From positions 1 to 64,000 of the IMG/VR virus record IMGVR_UViG_2595698888_000001: 64,000 nt of DNA. The stretch is one strand, 5' to 3'. The position numbers and the translations under genes are program-made. The notes under the pieces were generated by a model, which did not search any database, had not been told where the DNA came from, and saw only the letters and a program-made list of their open reading frames with translations. Below are positions 36,888 to 46,833 of the stretch, piece by piece (positions within the stretch are counted from its first letter, which is position 1; each line of letters opens with the position of its first letter). Origin of the DNA: a virus. Lineage: Duplodnaviria > Heunggongvirae > Uroviricota > Caudoviricetes.

Positions 36888-37445
36888 ATGAAAAAGACTT
36901 GTATCATGGTGTACGGAAGATTTAATCCAGTACATATCGGCCACGCCAATATATTTGGTACTGGATTGACAATGAGTTATAGTATTCCGAATTCAGAATT
37001 AAAAATATTTGTCAGTACTACGCAAGATAAAGGTAATAATCCATTACCTTACGAAATAAAAGTGCAAATGATAAAAGATTATTTTCCTGCGTTTCGTCAG
37101 TATATTCAGGCGGAGCAAGGCGAAACATTATTCACTACTCTTGAAATATTGAATGCTGAGTATGATAATTTAATTCTTTTATGTGGTTCAGACCGTTTTG
37201 TACATTTTGAGTCAGTACTGAAAAAATACAACGGTACATTATATTCATTTGATAATATTGATGTTATCAACATGGGTGAGCGTGGTACAAGTCCATACAG
37301 CAGCACTGTAATGCGTGACGCAGTTAAAAGAAATGATATTGAAACCTTCAGTTATTGTCTTCCTGGTAATGACATTAAACTCAATATGGAGTATTTTGAT
37401 ATTATATCTACATATATGGGAGTAAAAAATGTTATTCAAAGTTAA
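36888..37445 (+). CDS. NadM-like nucleotidyltransferase (NMN adenylyltransferase family)
   Basis: N-terminal YGRFNPVHIGH (H/T-x-G-H motif of cytidylyltransferase-like NMNATs) and C-terminal SPYSSTxxR (ISxT-like). Confidence 0.55.
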   Translation: MKKTCIMVYGRFNPVHIGHANIFGTGLTMSYSIPNSELKIFVSTTQDKGNNPLPYEIKVQMIKDYFPAFRQYIQAEQGETLFTTLEILNAEYDNLILLCGSDRFVHFESVLKKYNGTLYSFDNIDVINMGERGTSPYSSTVMRDAVKRNDIETFSYCLPGNDIKLNMEYFDIISTYMGVKNVIQS

Positions 37446-37710
37446 CACTATGTTTTGGGATCAGAATGAAGGTACTGGTTATCGTCATGTGTCAGTAGAA
37501 TATAATGACCGTGTTCTGCTCTCTGTAACGGCTCACAACGTGTCGGGGGCGTGGCAAGCACAGGTCATCCCAATGGGCTTTTCATTCAATCTGGATGAGA
37601 TACAGGCGTTCTCAGACATGTTCTCTGTACTGCCAGGACTGATGAAATTTTTGTGCAAAGAGAGCATGACTGTTGAAGAAATTCAAGAATATCTCTTGAC
37701 AATTCAATAA
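37429..37710 (+). CDS. hypothetical protein (93 aa)
   Basis: ORF overlapping previous. Confidence 0.45.
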   Translation: MLFKVNTMFWDQNEGTGYRHVSVEYNDRVLLSVTAHNVSGAWQAQVIPMGFSFNLDEIQAFSDMFSVLPGLMKFLCKESMTVEEIQEYLLTIQ

Positions 37711-37754
37711 AGCCTCGATAGCATCAAATTTTCAACCAAGAAGGAAATAATAAT

Positions 37755-38330
37755 ATGTCGAGTTTTTTGACTAATACCTTCGCGAAGTACTTACGCTTAG
37801 GTGTTATTCCCCGTCCAGTCCGTGGTAACTGGAAAGGTGGGGAATTTATGTACAGTTTTTATCATGACGATGTTCAATACACTATTGATGATGATGGTGA
37901 TTATGAATATTACGCTAATGTAGATTATATTCTCGAATGCCTAGAGGCACGTGATATTATCATTCAGCGTAATCATGATATTGTTCGTGCAGTTTATGAG
38001 TACTTAGTAAATGAACTTGATACTGACATTTGGGTACGTGTTGGTTCAGGAATGCAATTGAACTGTACTTTCGGTGATAGTCATGGTGAATTTGCACATC
38101 TAATGATGGATTTTGTTGATCCTGAACAGTTCGATGATGCAGTTGAAAAACTTCGTGCACTAATAACAGAGGAAACTGGATTGGAACCAGATTTTGAACC
38201 AGTAACTAACTTTGTTCTTATGGTTGTAGATAAAGAAAATATTGAGTTATTTGATAAATTCGAACATCCAAAAATCGATGTACTTAATCTTGACGATATG
38301 GATGATGATATTGATGAAGAAGACGAATAA
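37755..38330 (+). CDS. hypothetical acidic protein (191 aa)
   Basis: ORF; Asp/Glu-rich C-terminus. Confidence 0.55.
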   Translation: MSSFLTNTFAKYLRLGVIPRPVRGNWKGGEFMYSFYHDDVQYTIDDDGDYEYYANVDYILECLEARDIIIQRNHDIVRAVYEYLVNELDTDIWVRVGSGMQLNCTFGDSHGEFAHLMMDFVDPEQFDDAVEKLRALITEETGLEPDFEPVTNFVLMVVDKENIELFDKFEHPKIDVLNLDDMDDDIDEEDE

Positions 38331-38463
38331 TGATGAGCAGCACCTAGAAAGTGCTGCCAATATGATTAATAAGATCGAAGAAATACTTGCACGTATCAAC
38401 GAAAAGCTTGATTTAATGTTGAAAATTATAGAGGAACAAGATGATGAAAAGCCGAAAGAATGA
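38314..38463 (+). CDS. small coiled-coil ORF (49 aa)
   Basis: overlapping ORF, first internal ATG. Confidence 0.25.
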   Translation: MKKTNNDEQHLESAANMINKIEEILARINEKLDLMLKIIEEQDDEKPKE

Positions 38464-38593
38464 AGACCGAGATTATCTGAAACAATTTCAGTCCAACGAA
38501 CAACTCAGTAAAGCACTTCAATTTTTAAGTACTGAAGCATCTAAACTTAAAAAATTAATTCAAGATATTGTTGAACGAGCTAAAGGCAAATAA
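38441..38593 (+). CDS. small ORF (50 aa)
   Basis: RBS gaggaacaagATG; stop overlaps next start (taATG). Confidence 0.35.
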   Translation: MMKSRKNEDRDYLKQFQSNEQLSKALQFLSTEASKLKKLIQDIVERAKGK

Positions 38594-39237
38594 TGGAAAA
38601 AACAGAATACAGTAAACTACGTACTAAAGTACTAGGAATTATTGAAGGGCTAACTCTACTTGACCCGAAATACTTTAATGTTCGTCGTGTCATTACGTAT
38701 GCAGAACAAATTCACAGCAATCAACGGCGTGATGGTAATCCTGAGTTTTCTCACCAACTGGAAATGCTTAGTCTAGCATTAGGACTACACAATTCACTGT
38801 TAGACCCATATTCTGTTTATATGGCAATTGTGACCCATGACCTTATTGAAGATTACCCTGAGTATCAGCAAGAACTTGCTCAGATGTTTCCTGATAGTGT
38901 TAAGTACAGTCGTACTTTATCTAAATTTGTTGACAGTGATTCAAGTGAAGGTAAAACTTACTACGATTACTTTGAACAAATTGCTCATTGTGCAGTATGT
39001 TCAGTTGTTAAGCTAATTGACCGTATTCACAATTTAAGTACTGCTGTTGGTGTATTCAGTATTGCTAAACTTGCTGAGTACTGCGATGAAGTAGAGAAAT
39101 ACTTCCTTGATATGATGCGTACTGCTAAAAACCAATTCAATCAACGTGAAGTTTATGAAGTACTTAAATTTATGCTTCAGACTGAAGTACGTACAATTCG
39201 TGCGTTTCTTACTATTCTAGAATCAAAAGGTTCTTAG
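38593..39237 (+). CDS. HD-domain (p)ppGpp hydrolase-like protein (SpoT/Mesh1-type small alarmone hydrolase)
   Basis: YAEQIHSNQRRDGNPEFSHQLEM...AIVTHDLIED matches RelA/SpoT HD motif H..Q.R.SGEPY..H...V.....AALLHDV.ED. Confidence 0.6.
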   Translation: MEKTEYSKLRTKVLGIIEGLTLLDPKYFNVRRVITYAEQIHSNQRRDGNPEFSHQLEMLSLALGLHNSLLDPYSVYMAIVTHDLIEDYPEYQQELAQMFPDSVKYSRTLSKFVDSDSSEGKTYYDYFEQIAHCAVCSVVKLIDRIHNLSTAVGVFSIAKLAEYCDEVEKYFLDMMRTAKNQFNQREVYEVLKFMLQTEVRTIRAFLTILESKGS

Positions 39238-39238
39238 T

Positions 39239-39457
39239 ATGAATGATTTGAAAAGTTTAAAAAAGATAATGGTATGTGTTGAAGTACTGACATTACTGTT
39301 ACTATGGGTATGTGCATTCTATTTGAATGCAACTACCCAATCATTGGGAATCACAGTACTGACTAGTATCGCAATGAGTATTGGCTCGTTTGGGACGGGT
39401 TTTATATTGTATGAAATTATAAAGGAATGGAAAGCAATTGAATCTAGTAAAACATAA
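39239..39457 (+). CDS. small membrane protein (72 aa)
   Basis: two TM helices. Confidence 0.5.
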   Translation: MNDLKSLKKIMVCVEVLTLLLLWVCAFYLNATTQSLGITVLTSIAMSIGSFGTGFILYEIIKEWKAIESSKT

Positions 39458-40535
39458 AAATATTCTCCTACGTAGTCTAGGGGAAGACGCAGTAAAATTA
39501 TTAAAAACCACAAATGCTATTATTGCTGGTGGAGCTATTACTTCTATTTTCACTGGTGCAGAAATTAATGACTATGACATTTATTTTCGTTCCAAGAAGG
39601 ATATAGTCACTTTTATTCGCAATACTTTTAACGAAGAAGGCGAAGAAGGTGAGCCATTCATTTTATCAGAAGAAGACTTTCTTGATGTTGGTTCTTTTGA
39701 ATTTGTATGTCTAAATCAAACATCACGTAGTATTACATATTCTCATAATGGATTGAATCTACAATTAATCCACTTTGACTATTTTGAAACTGCACATGAT
39801 ATTTTCGAAAGCTACGATTTCCATATTAATATGGCAGCTTATGATTTCAAAATAGATGATTTCGTATTGCACGATTATTTTATAACTGCTGTTGCTGCAC
39901 GTCGCCTTACCTTTAATGCGGGAACCCGTTACCCTATTATGAGTTCACTACGTGTTTCCAAGTACTTAGAACGTGGATATAATATCTCTAAAAAAGAGAT
40001 GTTTAAAATTGGTATTGCTACTGCTAATCTGAACATTGATTCATGGGATGCGTTAGAAGATCAGCTAAGTGGATTCTATGGAATTGATGTAAGTAATATG
40101 TTCGACCGTTCTAAACCTTTTAGTATTGAGCTTGCAATCGAAATGATTGATGAAGTACAGGATATGATCACACCACAACGTCCTAACTCACCAACTATTG
40201 ATCAACTTCTTTTCAACATTGTAGGTAATCCATTCAAAGAACAACGTTTATTCTTTAAACGCATAACTCTTGATAAAGATGGAACGTACTATAATTTTAT
40301 TGACCGTGATGAACGCTATACATTGAATGAATCCACGGCAGTTAAGAATTCATTATTTGACACTGATCATGAAGAACTACTATCTAAGCCAAGTTACTTT
40401 TGGGGTTATGGTTCGAACACTTCAGTACTAGGCATCTTCCTTCTCGAAGAAGAAGGCCATAAGATGACTATGGGTTATTCTGGATTAGAATTGACAGGTA
40501 ATGTCAAGCTAATTGCAGTAAGAGAAAATAATTAA
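39438..40535 (+). CDS. hypothetical protein (365 aa)
   Basis: long ORF. Confidence 0.6.
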   Translation: MNLVKHKNILLRSLGEDAVKLLKTTNAIIAGGAITSIFTGAEINDYDIYFRSKKDIVTFIRNTFNEEGEEGEPFILSEEDFLDVGSFEFVCLNQTSRSITYSHNGLNLQLIHFDYFETAHDIFESYDFHINMAAYDFKIDDFVLHDYFITAVAARRLTFNAGTRYPIMSSLRVSKYLERGYNISKKEMFKIGIATANLNIDSWDALEDQLSGFYGIDVSNMFDRSKPFSIELAIEMIDEVQDMITPQRPNSPTIDQLLFNIVGNPFKEQRLFFKRITLDKDGTYYNFIDRDERYTLNESTAVKNSLFDTDHEELLSKPSYFWGYGSNTSVLGIFLLEEEGHKMTMGYSGLELTGNVKLIAVRENN

Positions 40536-40576
40536 GGGAGAAGTAAAGCAGATTTATTCACAAGGAGTGTGGAGCG

Positions 40577-41308
40577 ATGGTAGATCGTATTAAATTTGCA
40601 ACTGAAATGGCTAACGAACTCAACATGTCAAACTTTCAAACATTAACCTCCGTTATGGCAGAATACGCGACTGCTGGGGCTGTTGATGGTGTTCAGTGTG
40701 GACAAGCCAATATGTTAGCTGATGTATTCAGTGCTGTAAACAGTACTCAGTACTCAGTAAAAACATATAAGGATGATTTCGTTGCCTTATATATGAACGG
40801 TAAAGTTCAGGAAGAAAGACGTTATACCGACCCTATAATAGAACGTAGGATTAGTGGTGTAACAAATCCAAATGGCGATCCAGTACAAGTACTGCGTGAA
40901 GTCATTGAGGATATAAAAGATAATGAGTTTAAGAGTTTACAACATTATGGTGTCAGCAATACAGAAACAGTATTAGTTGGATATTCGGAAGATGAAACTC
41001 ATTATTATTTTAGACTAACTGAAATGCCTTATGTTTATGAAGAACCTGCTATAGTAGAAGTGAAGTACTTTACTGAACGTAGCAAGAATTATAACAGACA
41101 TGATGGGAACCGTACATCTATTGTTGGTTACAATGATGAGGGTATACAAATTTACGAATGGGTACACCCAAACAATTCAACCTACACCAGATGTTTGAAA
41201 AAGCGTTATTGTTTAGAAAATGCTGATTCATTCTATTTCAAAATTGAGAAACAATCATATTCACGTCCTGATGATTCAGTACTAATGGGTATGGTACAAC
41301 TGTTCTAA
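40577..41308 (+). CDS. hypothetical protein (243 aa)
   Basis: RBS aaggagtgtggagcgATG. Confidence 0.6.
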   Translation: MVDRIKFATEMANELNMSNFQTLTSVMAEYATAGAVDGVQCGQANMLADVFSAVNSTQYSVKTYKDDFVALYMNGKVQEERRYTDPIIERRISGVTNPNGDPVQVLREVIEDIKDNEFKSLQHYGVSNTETVLVGYSEDETHYYFRLTEMPYVYEEPAIVEVKYFTERSKNYNRHDGNRTSIVGYNDEGIQIYEWVHPNNSTYTRCLKKRYCLENADSFYFKIEKQSYSRPDDSVLMGMVQLF

Positions 41309-41313
41309 TTATT

Positions 41314-41338
41314 TGCCCCGAAATTCGGGGCATTATTT
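41314..41338 (+). terminator. terminator-like hairpin
   Basis: gccccgaaattcggggc + attatttt. Confidence 0.45.
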
Positions 41339-41350
41339 TAAAGGATTTTT

Positions 41351-41644
41351 ATGGCTATTAATGCACGTGGTATTAGTTCTATGAAAGTAATTGTAGAGGC
41401 CAACTACATTGAAGATGGAACTACTGTTACAAAAGTAAAAGGCACTAAAGAATATACACTACGCCGAAGCATTAAGATTTATGGTGAAAATCACCGAGAA
41501 ATTAAATGTGATGAAGATTGTGTATTCCTAGTAGATAGTACTGGAAATATTAACATGATTTCACAAGATACTGAATTAGTAGCTCATGTTCATCCAGAAG
41601 ATTTAATGTATGATATACAAGATTCTTTGGAAGAAAACAAATGA
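41351..41644 (+). CDS. hypothetical protein (97 aa), paralog of next ORF
   Basis: VIVEANYIEDGTTVTK vs VLIEAYKIADGTIVYK. Confidence 0.55.
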   Translation: MAINARGISSMKVIVEANYIEDGTTVTKVKGTKEYTLRRSIKIYGENHREIKCDEDCVFLVDSTGNINMISQDTELVAHVHPEDLMYDIQDSLEENK

Positions 41645-41937
41645 TAAATTTGAATAACAATGACTACATCAACGTACTTATAGAAGCATATAAGATTGCT
41701 GATGGTACAATAGTCTATAAACCAATGGGTGATGTAGCTTATATTCTATGCACAGAAGAACCTACTTTTAGTTCCATAATTTATACTGATACGCGAAGAT
41801 ATGGAACGTCTAAAGGCATGGTTTATCTCAGACACAATAATGACAAGTACTATGCTTATCCGGCGAATAAAACTTTGAGAGTCCGTATTGATAAGTACGA
41901 TTTGCAACGAATAATTGACGAAAGTAGTGAATATTAA
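41641..41937 (+). CDS. hypothetical protein (98 aa), paralog of previous ORF
   Basis: ATGA overlap. Confidence 0.55.
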   Translation: MINLNNNDYINVLIEAYKIADGTIVYKPMGDVAYILCTEEPTFSSIIYTDTRRYGTSKGMVYLRHNNDKYYAYPANKTLRVRIDKYDLQRIIDESSEY

Positions 41938-42000
41938 GTTGACAAAATATAAATGTGATGCTATATTTCACCTCTGTCCAATTACAAGAGAATTAAAAAC

Positions 42001-43152
42001 ATGTCTAAAACAAAAAAGATTTTTGATGACCTGATGAATCTTACTTCTGTGAATGATGCGTTCATGTGGAAAGATTTTGAAAGTACTGCTGGTGGTATTT
42101 TTCGTATTTTCTCTTATCGCCTGGCAAGTTATTCCGACTTCTTAGCACCGAGTGCATTGGAATGTCGCGGTACTATGTTTCAGGTAAGCGAAACTGGTGA
42201 ATTCATTGGTATGGCTTCACGTACACCGATGAAGTTTTTTAATGCATATGAAAATCCATTCACTATGTATGATAAAAGTACTTTAAGTTCTGAAATTGCA
42301 GTTGTGATGGATAAACTTGATGGTTCCATTATTAGTACTTTTATGGATGTTGATTATGAAGTACGCACTAAATCACATGCATCACTGAATTCAGATCATG
42401 CGAAAAATAGTACTGCAATGTTGCATAATGATCGTGATTTGTACAATGAAGTTCATTACGCAGAAAGCATGGGTTATACGGTGAATATGGAATACACTTC
42501 ACCTGAATATCGTATTGTTCTTCCGTACCAGGAAGATAATTTAACAGTACTGAATTTGCGTCATCGCATGACTGGTGAACTTTTAATTGGTCACCGTCTG
42601 AAGGGCTTTAGTCCGTTGCTTTACAGCCGTTCTGTATTTGCTAAGTACGGCGAAATTGATCCAACGTTTCCTATGAAAGAAACTTTGTATGATAGTATTG
42701 AAGCAACTCGTTCAATGCAGGATATTGAAGGTTTTGTTTTAATCCTAAAAGATGGACGTATGTGTAAGATTAAAACTGACTGGTATTGTGCACTGCACTT
42801 TACTAAAGACAGCATTAATGTTGATTCTCGCTTATATGAGGCAATCATTACTGGTGCGTCAGACGATCTTAAACAAATGTTTAGTACTGATCTGTACTCC
42901 ATCAAGAAGATTGAAAAAATGGAACAGCTTGTTTTTTCATGCTATAATAAGCTTGTACATGATAGTGAGTCGTTTTACGAAGCGAACAAACATCTTGACC
43001 GTAAAGAATATGCTTTAAAAGTTCAATCAGACGTACCTAACGAACTTGGTAAGCCTGGTATTGCGTTCAGTCTTTATAACTCTAAGCCCGTAGATTATAA
43101 AGCGATGATGTTAAAATACATGAAGGACGTTCTTGTAAACTTCGAAGTTTAA
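42001..43152 (+). CDS. rnlA: RNA ligase 1 (T4 gp63/Rnl1 family)
   Basis: IFSYRLASYSDFLAPSALECRGTMF, KLDGS adenylation lysine motif, ...HFKIKSDWY match T4 RnlA. Confidence 0.85.
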   Translation: MSKTKKIFDDLMNLTSVNDAFMWKDFESTAGGIFRIFSYRLASYSDFLAPSALECRGTMFQVSETGEFIGMASRTPMKFFNAYENPFTMYDKSTLSSEIAVVMDKLDGSIISTFMDVDYEVRTKSHASLNSDHAKNSTAMLHNDRDLYNEVHYAESMGYTVNMEYTSPEYRIVLPYQEDNLTVLNLRHRMTGELLIGHRLKGFSPLLYSRSVFAKYGEIDPTFPMKETLYDSIEATRSMQDIEGFVLILKDGRMCKIKTDWYCALHFTKDSINVDSRLYEAIITGASDDLKQMFSTDLYSIKKIEKMEQLVFSCYNKLVHDSESFYEANKHLDRKEYALKVQSDVPNELGKPGIAFSLYNSKPVDYKAMMLKYMKDVLVNFEV

Positions 43153-43178
43153 AGAATGTAATAGCCTAACAAGGAGTA

Positions 43179-43418
43179 GTGATGGCTAAACCGAAGTATA
43201 AATCGAAAAAGGGCGAAGTACGAACTCCTGAAGAACATAGAAAGATACTACAAGAAATTGACGCTTTGCAGAGTGAACGCTCAAGGAAAGGGGTTCAGAA
43301 ATCAGTAAAGCGTCTCAAAAACACTTTTGGTGTCAGCAGTACTATGTACAAGAAGGAACGTAAGCCCAAAAACAAAAAACCAAAAATTTATGATTTAGGA
43401 CGATACGCACGTGAGTAA
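43179..43418 (+). CDS. hypothetical basic protein (79 aa)
   Basis: RBS caaggagtagtgATG. Confidence 0.5.
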   Translation: MMAKPKYKSKKGEVRTPEEHRKILQEIDALQSERSRKGVQKSVKRLKNTFGVSSTMYKKERKPKNKKPKIYDLGRYARE

Positions 43419-43635
43419 TTTAGTTACAATAACGACCGTTAAAGTACTATATAAAAATCATGAATTTTCCCTAATCCCTAAAGGAGTTGTACCATTCAAT
43501 AAACTAATTGAAATGGTAAGATATGTAAAAGAAATTGGCGACATTGCTTTTATCGTTGATGGTGATATGTACTTCGACGAAGGTGCATTCTTTAATCTAA
43601 CGATGAAGTACTGTAATGAGTACGTTATAATCTAA
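43411..43635 (+). CDS. hypothetical protein (74 aa)
   Basis: ORF. Confidence 0.5.
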   Translation: MSNLVTITTVKVLYKNHEFSLIPKGVVPFNKLIEMVRYVKEIGDIAFIVDGDMYFDEGAFFNLTMKYCNEYVII

Positions 43636-43647
43636 TCGGAGAATCCC

Positions 43648-43872
43648 ATGAAAGTAGAAATGCAACACAGCATAGTGCAAGATATGACAGTAATTAAATT
43701 TATTTCTTTAAAAGATTACTTCCGAGCACTTGACTTTTTGGATTCGAGTGGGTTAGAATGGACGCCACTAAAATATAGTTCTAAAAATGATACTGCAAGT
43801 ATTCGTTTATCAGAGAACGTTTTGAAAATTTTTAGCAATAAATTTGGGATAGGAAAATCATGCCAGTATTGA
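43648..43872 (+). CDS. hypothetical protein (74 aa)
   Basis: RBS atcggagaatcccATG. Confidence 0.5.
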   Translation: MKVEMQHSIVQDMTVIKFISLKDYFRALDFLDSSGLEWTPLKYSSKNDTASIRLSENVLKIFSNKFGIGKSCQY

Positions 43873-44783
43873 CATTAACAGTAGGATTGCCAGGGTGTGG
43901 TAAAACCACATGGGCGAATGAACAAGTAAAGAAAGCACGGTCGAAGACTGTTATTGTAAACTTGGATGATATTCGCCAGACTATGGCAGGTTCACACAGC
44001 AACTATAAATTCCGCAAAGATAACGAACAGTACGTGCAAAACGCACAGTACAGTGCAGCAACACATGCGGCAGCGAACAACTGGAACATCATCGTTGGTG
44101 ATACCAACTTGAATCCAAGCGTTCGTAATAAATGGAAAGAGTTTGCAAAAACTCATGGTTATACTTACAAAGAACAAAACTTCTTTGAAGAATTCAAGAA
44201 AGATAAAACTTTCGTACATGATTTCTTTGCAGTAAAAGAGTACGTTAAGCTTTGTAAAGAACGTAACCTTCTTCGTGAAAAATCTGTACCAGAAGAAGTT
44301 ATTGATGGTATGGCTGAAAAGTACTTGTACAATTTCGATGTAGTTGGTAATTCAAATTCTGATTTACCAGAAGCTATCATTGTTGATATTGATGGTACTT
44401 TGGCTCACATGAATGGTAAACGTGGTCCATATGAAGAAAATAAAGTTCTTGTTGATGATCCAGATCCTGAAGTTATTTTGTCAGTACTGGCTGAAAAGAA
44501 CTATTTAAATCGTACTGTGATCATCATGAGTGGTCGTCATGAAACATGTCAAGAAGATACTGAAGCATGGTTACAGAAGTACGGTGTACCATACGATCAT
44601 ATCTTCATGCGTGGTGCAGATGATAACCGTTCTGATGACATTGTAAAGTACGAACTTTATATGAACCATGTACTTGGTAATTATAAAGTAGTTAAAGTAT
44701 TCGACGACCGCCAGAAAGTAGTTGAAATGTGGCGTAAACTTTTAAAACTTAAAGTTTATGCAGTTGCGGAAGGAAACTTCTGA
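43860..44783 (+). CDS. pseT: polynucleotide 5'-kinase/3'-phosphatase (T4 PseT family)
   Basis: Walker A GLPGCGKTTWA, DxDGT phosphatase motif IIVDIDGTLAHMNGKRGPY, DDRQKVVEMWR. Confidence 0.85.
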   Translation: MPVLTLTVGLPGCGKTTWANEQVKKARSKTVIVNLDDIRQTMAGSHSNYKFRKDNEQYVQNAQYSAATHAAANNWNIIVGDTNLNPSVRNKWKEFAKTHGYTYKEQNFFEEFKKDKTFVHDFFAVKEYVKLCKERNLLREKSVPEEVIDGMAEKYLYNFDVVGNSNSDLPEAIIVDIDGTLAHMNGKRGPYEENKVLVDDPDPEVILSVLAEKNYLNRTVIIMSGRHETCQEDTEAWLQKYGVPYDHIFMRGADDNRSDDIVKYELYMNHVLGNYKVVKVFDDRQKVVEMWRKLLKLKVYAVAEGNF

Positions 44784-44788
44784 TAATA

Positions 44789-44815
44789 AGGGATACTTCG
44801 GTATCCCTTCTTTTT
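44789..44815 (+). terminator. rho-independent terminator
   Basis: agggatacttcggtatccct + tcttttt. Confidence 0.6.
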
Positions 44816-44839
44816 AATTAAGAAAAAAAGGAGTCAATT

Positions 44840-45049
44840 ATGGCTATTAGTGTTGTTTATACAATTAAGAAAAAAGGTACATCTGAAGTGCGTGATATTA
44901 TCACCCATACTGATGAGTACTGGTTCAATTCAGGTTCATATTATGTGAATGGTGGTATTCGTACTGAACTTGAAAAAACTTATCCAGAAAGTGAGTTTGA
45001 TATTGAAGTTCAAGTATTAACACATTCTGGATCTCAATCTAATGAATAA
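44840..45049 (+). CDS. hypothetical protein (69 aa)
   Basis: RBS aaaggagtcaattATG. Confidence 0.55.
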   Translation: MAISVVYTIKKKGTSEVRDIITHTDEYWFNSGSYYVNGGIRTELEKTYPESEFDIEVQVLTHSGSQSNE

Positions 45050-45245
45050 GAATGTTTACTTATTTTATTACACTTCATATGAAATTGTCGATCATGATGA
45101 AGACGGTGCAGTATATGAAGATGTTCGATATAATTTAAGTGCATTCGTTGATTTAAAAAAAGGATTAGAGTACTACAAATCTAAGTACCCTTCTAAATCT
45201 ATACAATATGAATCCATAATAGTTATGGATTTTAACGAGGAATAA
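45042..45245 (+). CDS. hypothetical protein (67 aa)
   Basis: ORF. Confidence 0.5.
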   Translation: MNKNVYLFYYTSYEIVDHDEDGAVYEDVRYNLSAFVDLKKGLEYYKSKYPSKSIQYESIIVMDFNEE

Positions 45246-45248
45246 ATT

Positions 45249-45416
45249 ATGGAAATCATTTTTACTGTACTTTGGTTGTTCGCGTTCATTTGGACTTTAA
45301 CAACTGCTCGCGATAATAATCGCTCAATGTTTATTTGGGGTGTAGTTGCACTTGTATTCTCCCCACTACTAGCACTAGTTTGTCTATGGTTGTTAGGTAA
45401 GAATTATGGAAACTAA
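45249..45416 (+). CDS. small membrane protein (55 aa)
   Basis: MEIIFTVLWLFAFIWTLTTARDNNRSMFIWGVVALVFSPLLALVCLWLLG; RBS cgaggaataaattATG. Confidence 0.4.
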   Translation: MEIIFTVLWLFAFIWTLTTARDNNRSMFIWGVVALVFSPLLALVCLWLLGKNYGN

Positions 45417-45687
45417 TAAAGAAAAATACGCATTACCTGAAGGTTCAGAAGAAGTACAATTCGATTACATTGCAAATATGATGGATGAAATCGAAGAAAG
45501 TACGTTCAATGAGTTAGTGTTTAAAATAGATACTAACTACAAAAATGAATGGATGGTTGAAATATATGAACATGCAGACGAAGATGAAACCGATGACTGT
45601 TCATTTGATGATTTAGAAATGGTTGACTGGTATACAGGAAAATCATTGAAAGATGTATTTGATTTTCTTATGGAGCGGTATGTATGA
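45406..45687 (+). CDS. hypothetical acidic protein (93 aa)
   Basis: ORF. Confidence 0.5.
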   Translation: METNKEKYALPEGSEEVQFDYIANMMDEIEESTFNELVFKIDTNYKNEWMVEIYEHADEDETDDCSFDDLEMVDWYTGKSLKDVFDFLMERYV

Positions 45688-46022
45688 GTGAACGTGAATT
45701 TGGAAAACATCAACGCGATCTGGAAGTAACTGGTATTTGTACTGATCCTGATTTTATGTTTGAACTTCGCACGATGTATAATATGGTAGTAGAGTTTGAC
45801 CGCGAATACTGGAGCGATGATCCAGACGCAGATCCAAATGACCTATTTGAGAATTTTACACCACTTACTCTTGAAGTACTACAAAATATCGAAAACGGTA
45901 TTAAAGTTGATGGTGAAATGGTTTCTGGTGAGATTGATTTCATTATCGATGTTCTTGAAGGTGGTGACCAAAATGATTCATTTGGTTCTGAAGGCTGGCG
46001 TCATCAGTTAGGGTGGGATTAA
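45684..46022 (+). CDS. hypothetical acidic protein (112 aa)
   Basis: ATGA overlap. Confidence 0.5.
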   Translation: MSEREFGKHQRDLEVTGICTDPDFMFELRTMYNMVVEFDREYWSDDPDADPNDLFENFTPLTLEVLQNIENGIKVDGEMVSGEIDFIIDVLEGGDQNDSFGSEGWRHQLGWD

Positions 46023-46023
46023 T

Positions 46024-46251
46024 ATGTTAGAAGTACTTGCATATATTTCTCTTGTTTATTGTATTGGGGCAGTTATCACATTCTGTGGATTCGCATTATG
46101 GCACGGTGGTGTATCAGATACTTTTGGTATCGGTCTGGCGATCACCGCAGCATTAGCATTTTTCTGGCCTGTGTCAATACCAGTTATGATAAAAGAAGAA
46201 TGGGAAGAACGAAAGAAAAAAGGGAAGAAAAATGGAAAGAACAGGAATTGA
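46024..46251 (+). CDS. small membrane protein (75 aa)
   Basis: two TM helices then KKKGKKNGKNRN. Confidence 0.5.
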   Translation: MLEVLAYISLVYCIGAVITFCGFALWHGGVSDTFGIGLAITAALAFFWPVSIPVMIKEEWEERKKKGKKNGKNRN

Positions 46252-46480
46252 GTTCACCTTACTAGACTCATGGGAAGGTTGGGATGAACATGGCGTAGCC
46301 GATTTATATTTTTATGATGTTAAACTAAAACCTGAAGTATTCGGCGAAGATTTCATGAAACAATACGAAGGTAAACGTATGGATTTAGGTATGTACCTTT
46401 CTATTTCTGTTATCGAAGTTTATGTTGAAGGTATCGAAGAACCAGTATTAATTAAAGATGTTAAATTGAGTATTCTATGA
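46232..46480 (+). CDS. hypothetical protein (82 aa)
   Basis: ORF. Confidence 0.5.
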   Translation: MERTGIEFTLLDSWEGWDEHGVADLYFYDVKLKPEVFGEDFMKQYEGKRMDLGMYLSISVIEVYVEGIEEPVLIKDVKLSIL

Positions 46481-46833
46481 CAGATAAAGTTTACGTAGCA
46501 TTTGATGGTACAGAATTTAGCACCAAAAAAGCATTGTTGGAGTATCATGAGATACTTAAACTTGGTGATGAAAAATTTGCTGAAAAACGTAAGCAGTACT
46601 TAGTACTAAAAGAAGCACAAGTGAAAGCACTTGGTGACGTTTTGCAATTTCGTCAAGATTGTGAACATGAATATGTAAAAATTAAAGCGTGTTCAGATAC
46701 TGGAAACTATGATCGTTCACAGGATTCTTATTGGTACGAGATTGAATGTAAGTGCTGTGAAGAAAGATGGAATGAAGATCAGAGTACAAGTAAGTACAAA
46801 ACATACGATAGAAATACAGAGTGGATTAGATAA
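46477..46833 (+). CDS. hypothetical Cys-rich protein (118 aa)
   Basis: C..HEY...C...ECKCCEE cluster, putative Zn-binding. Confidence 0.5.
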   Translation: MTDKVYVAFDGTEFSTKKALLEYHEILKLGDEKFAEKRKQYLVLKEAQVKALGDVLQFRQDCEHEYVKIKACSDTGNYDRSQDSYWYEIECKCCEERWNEDQSTSKYKTYDRNTEWIR

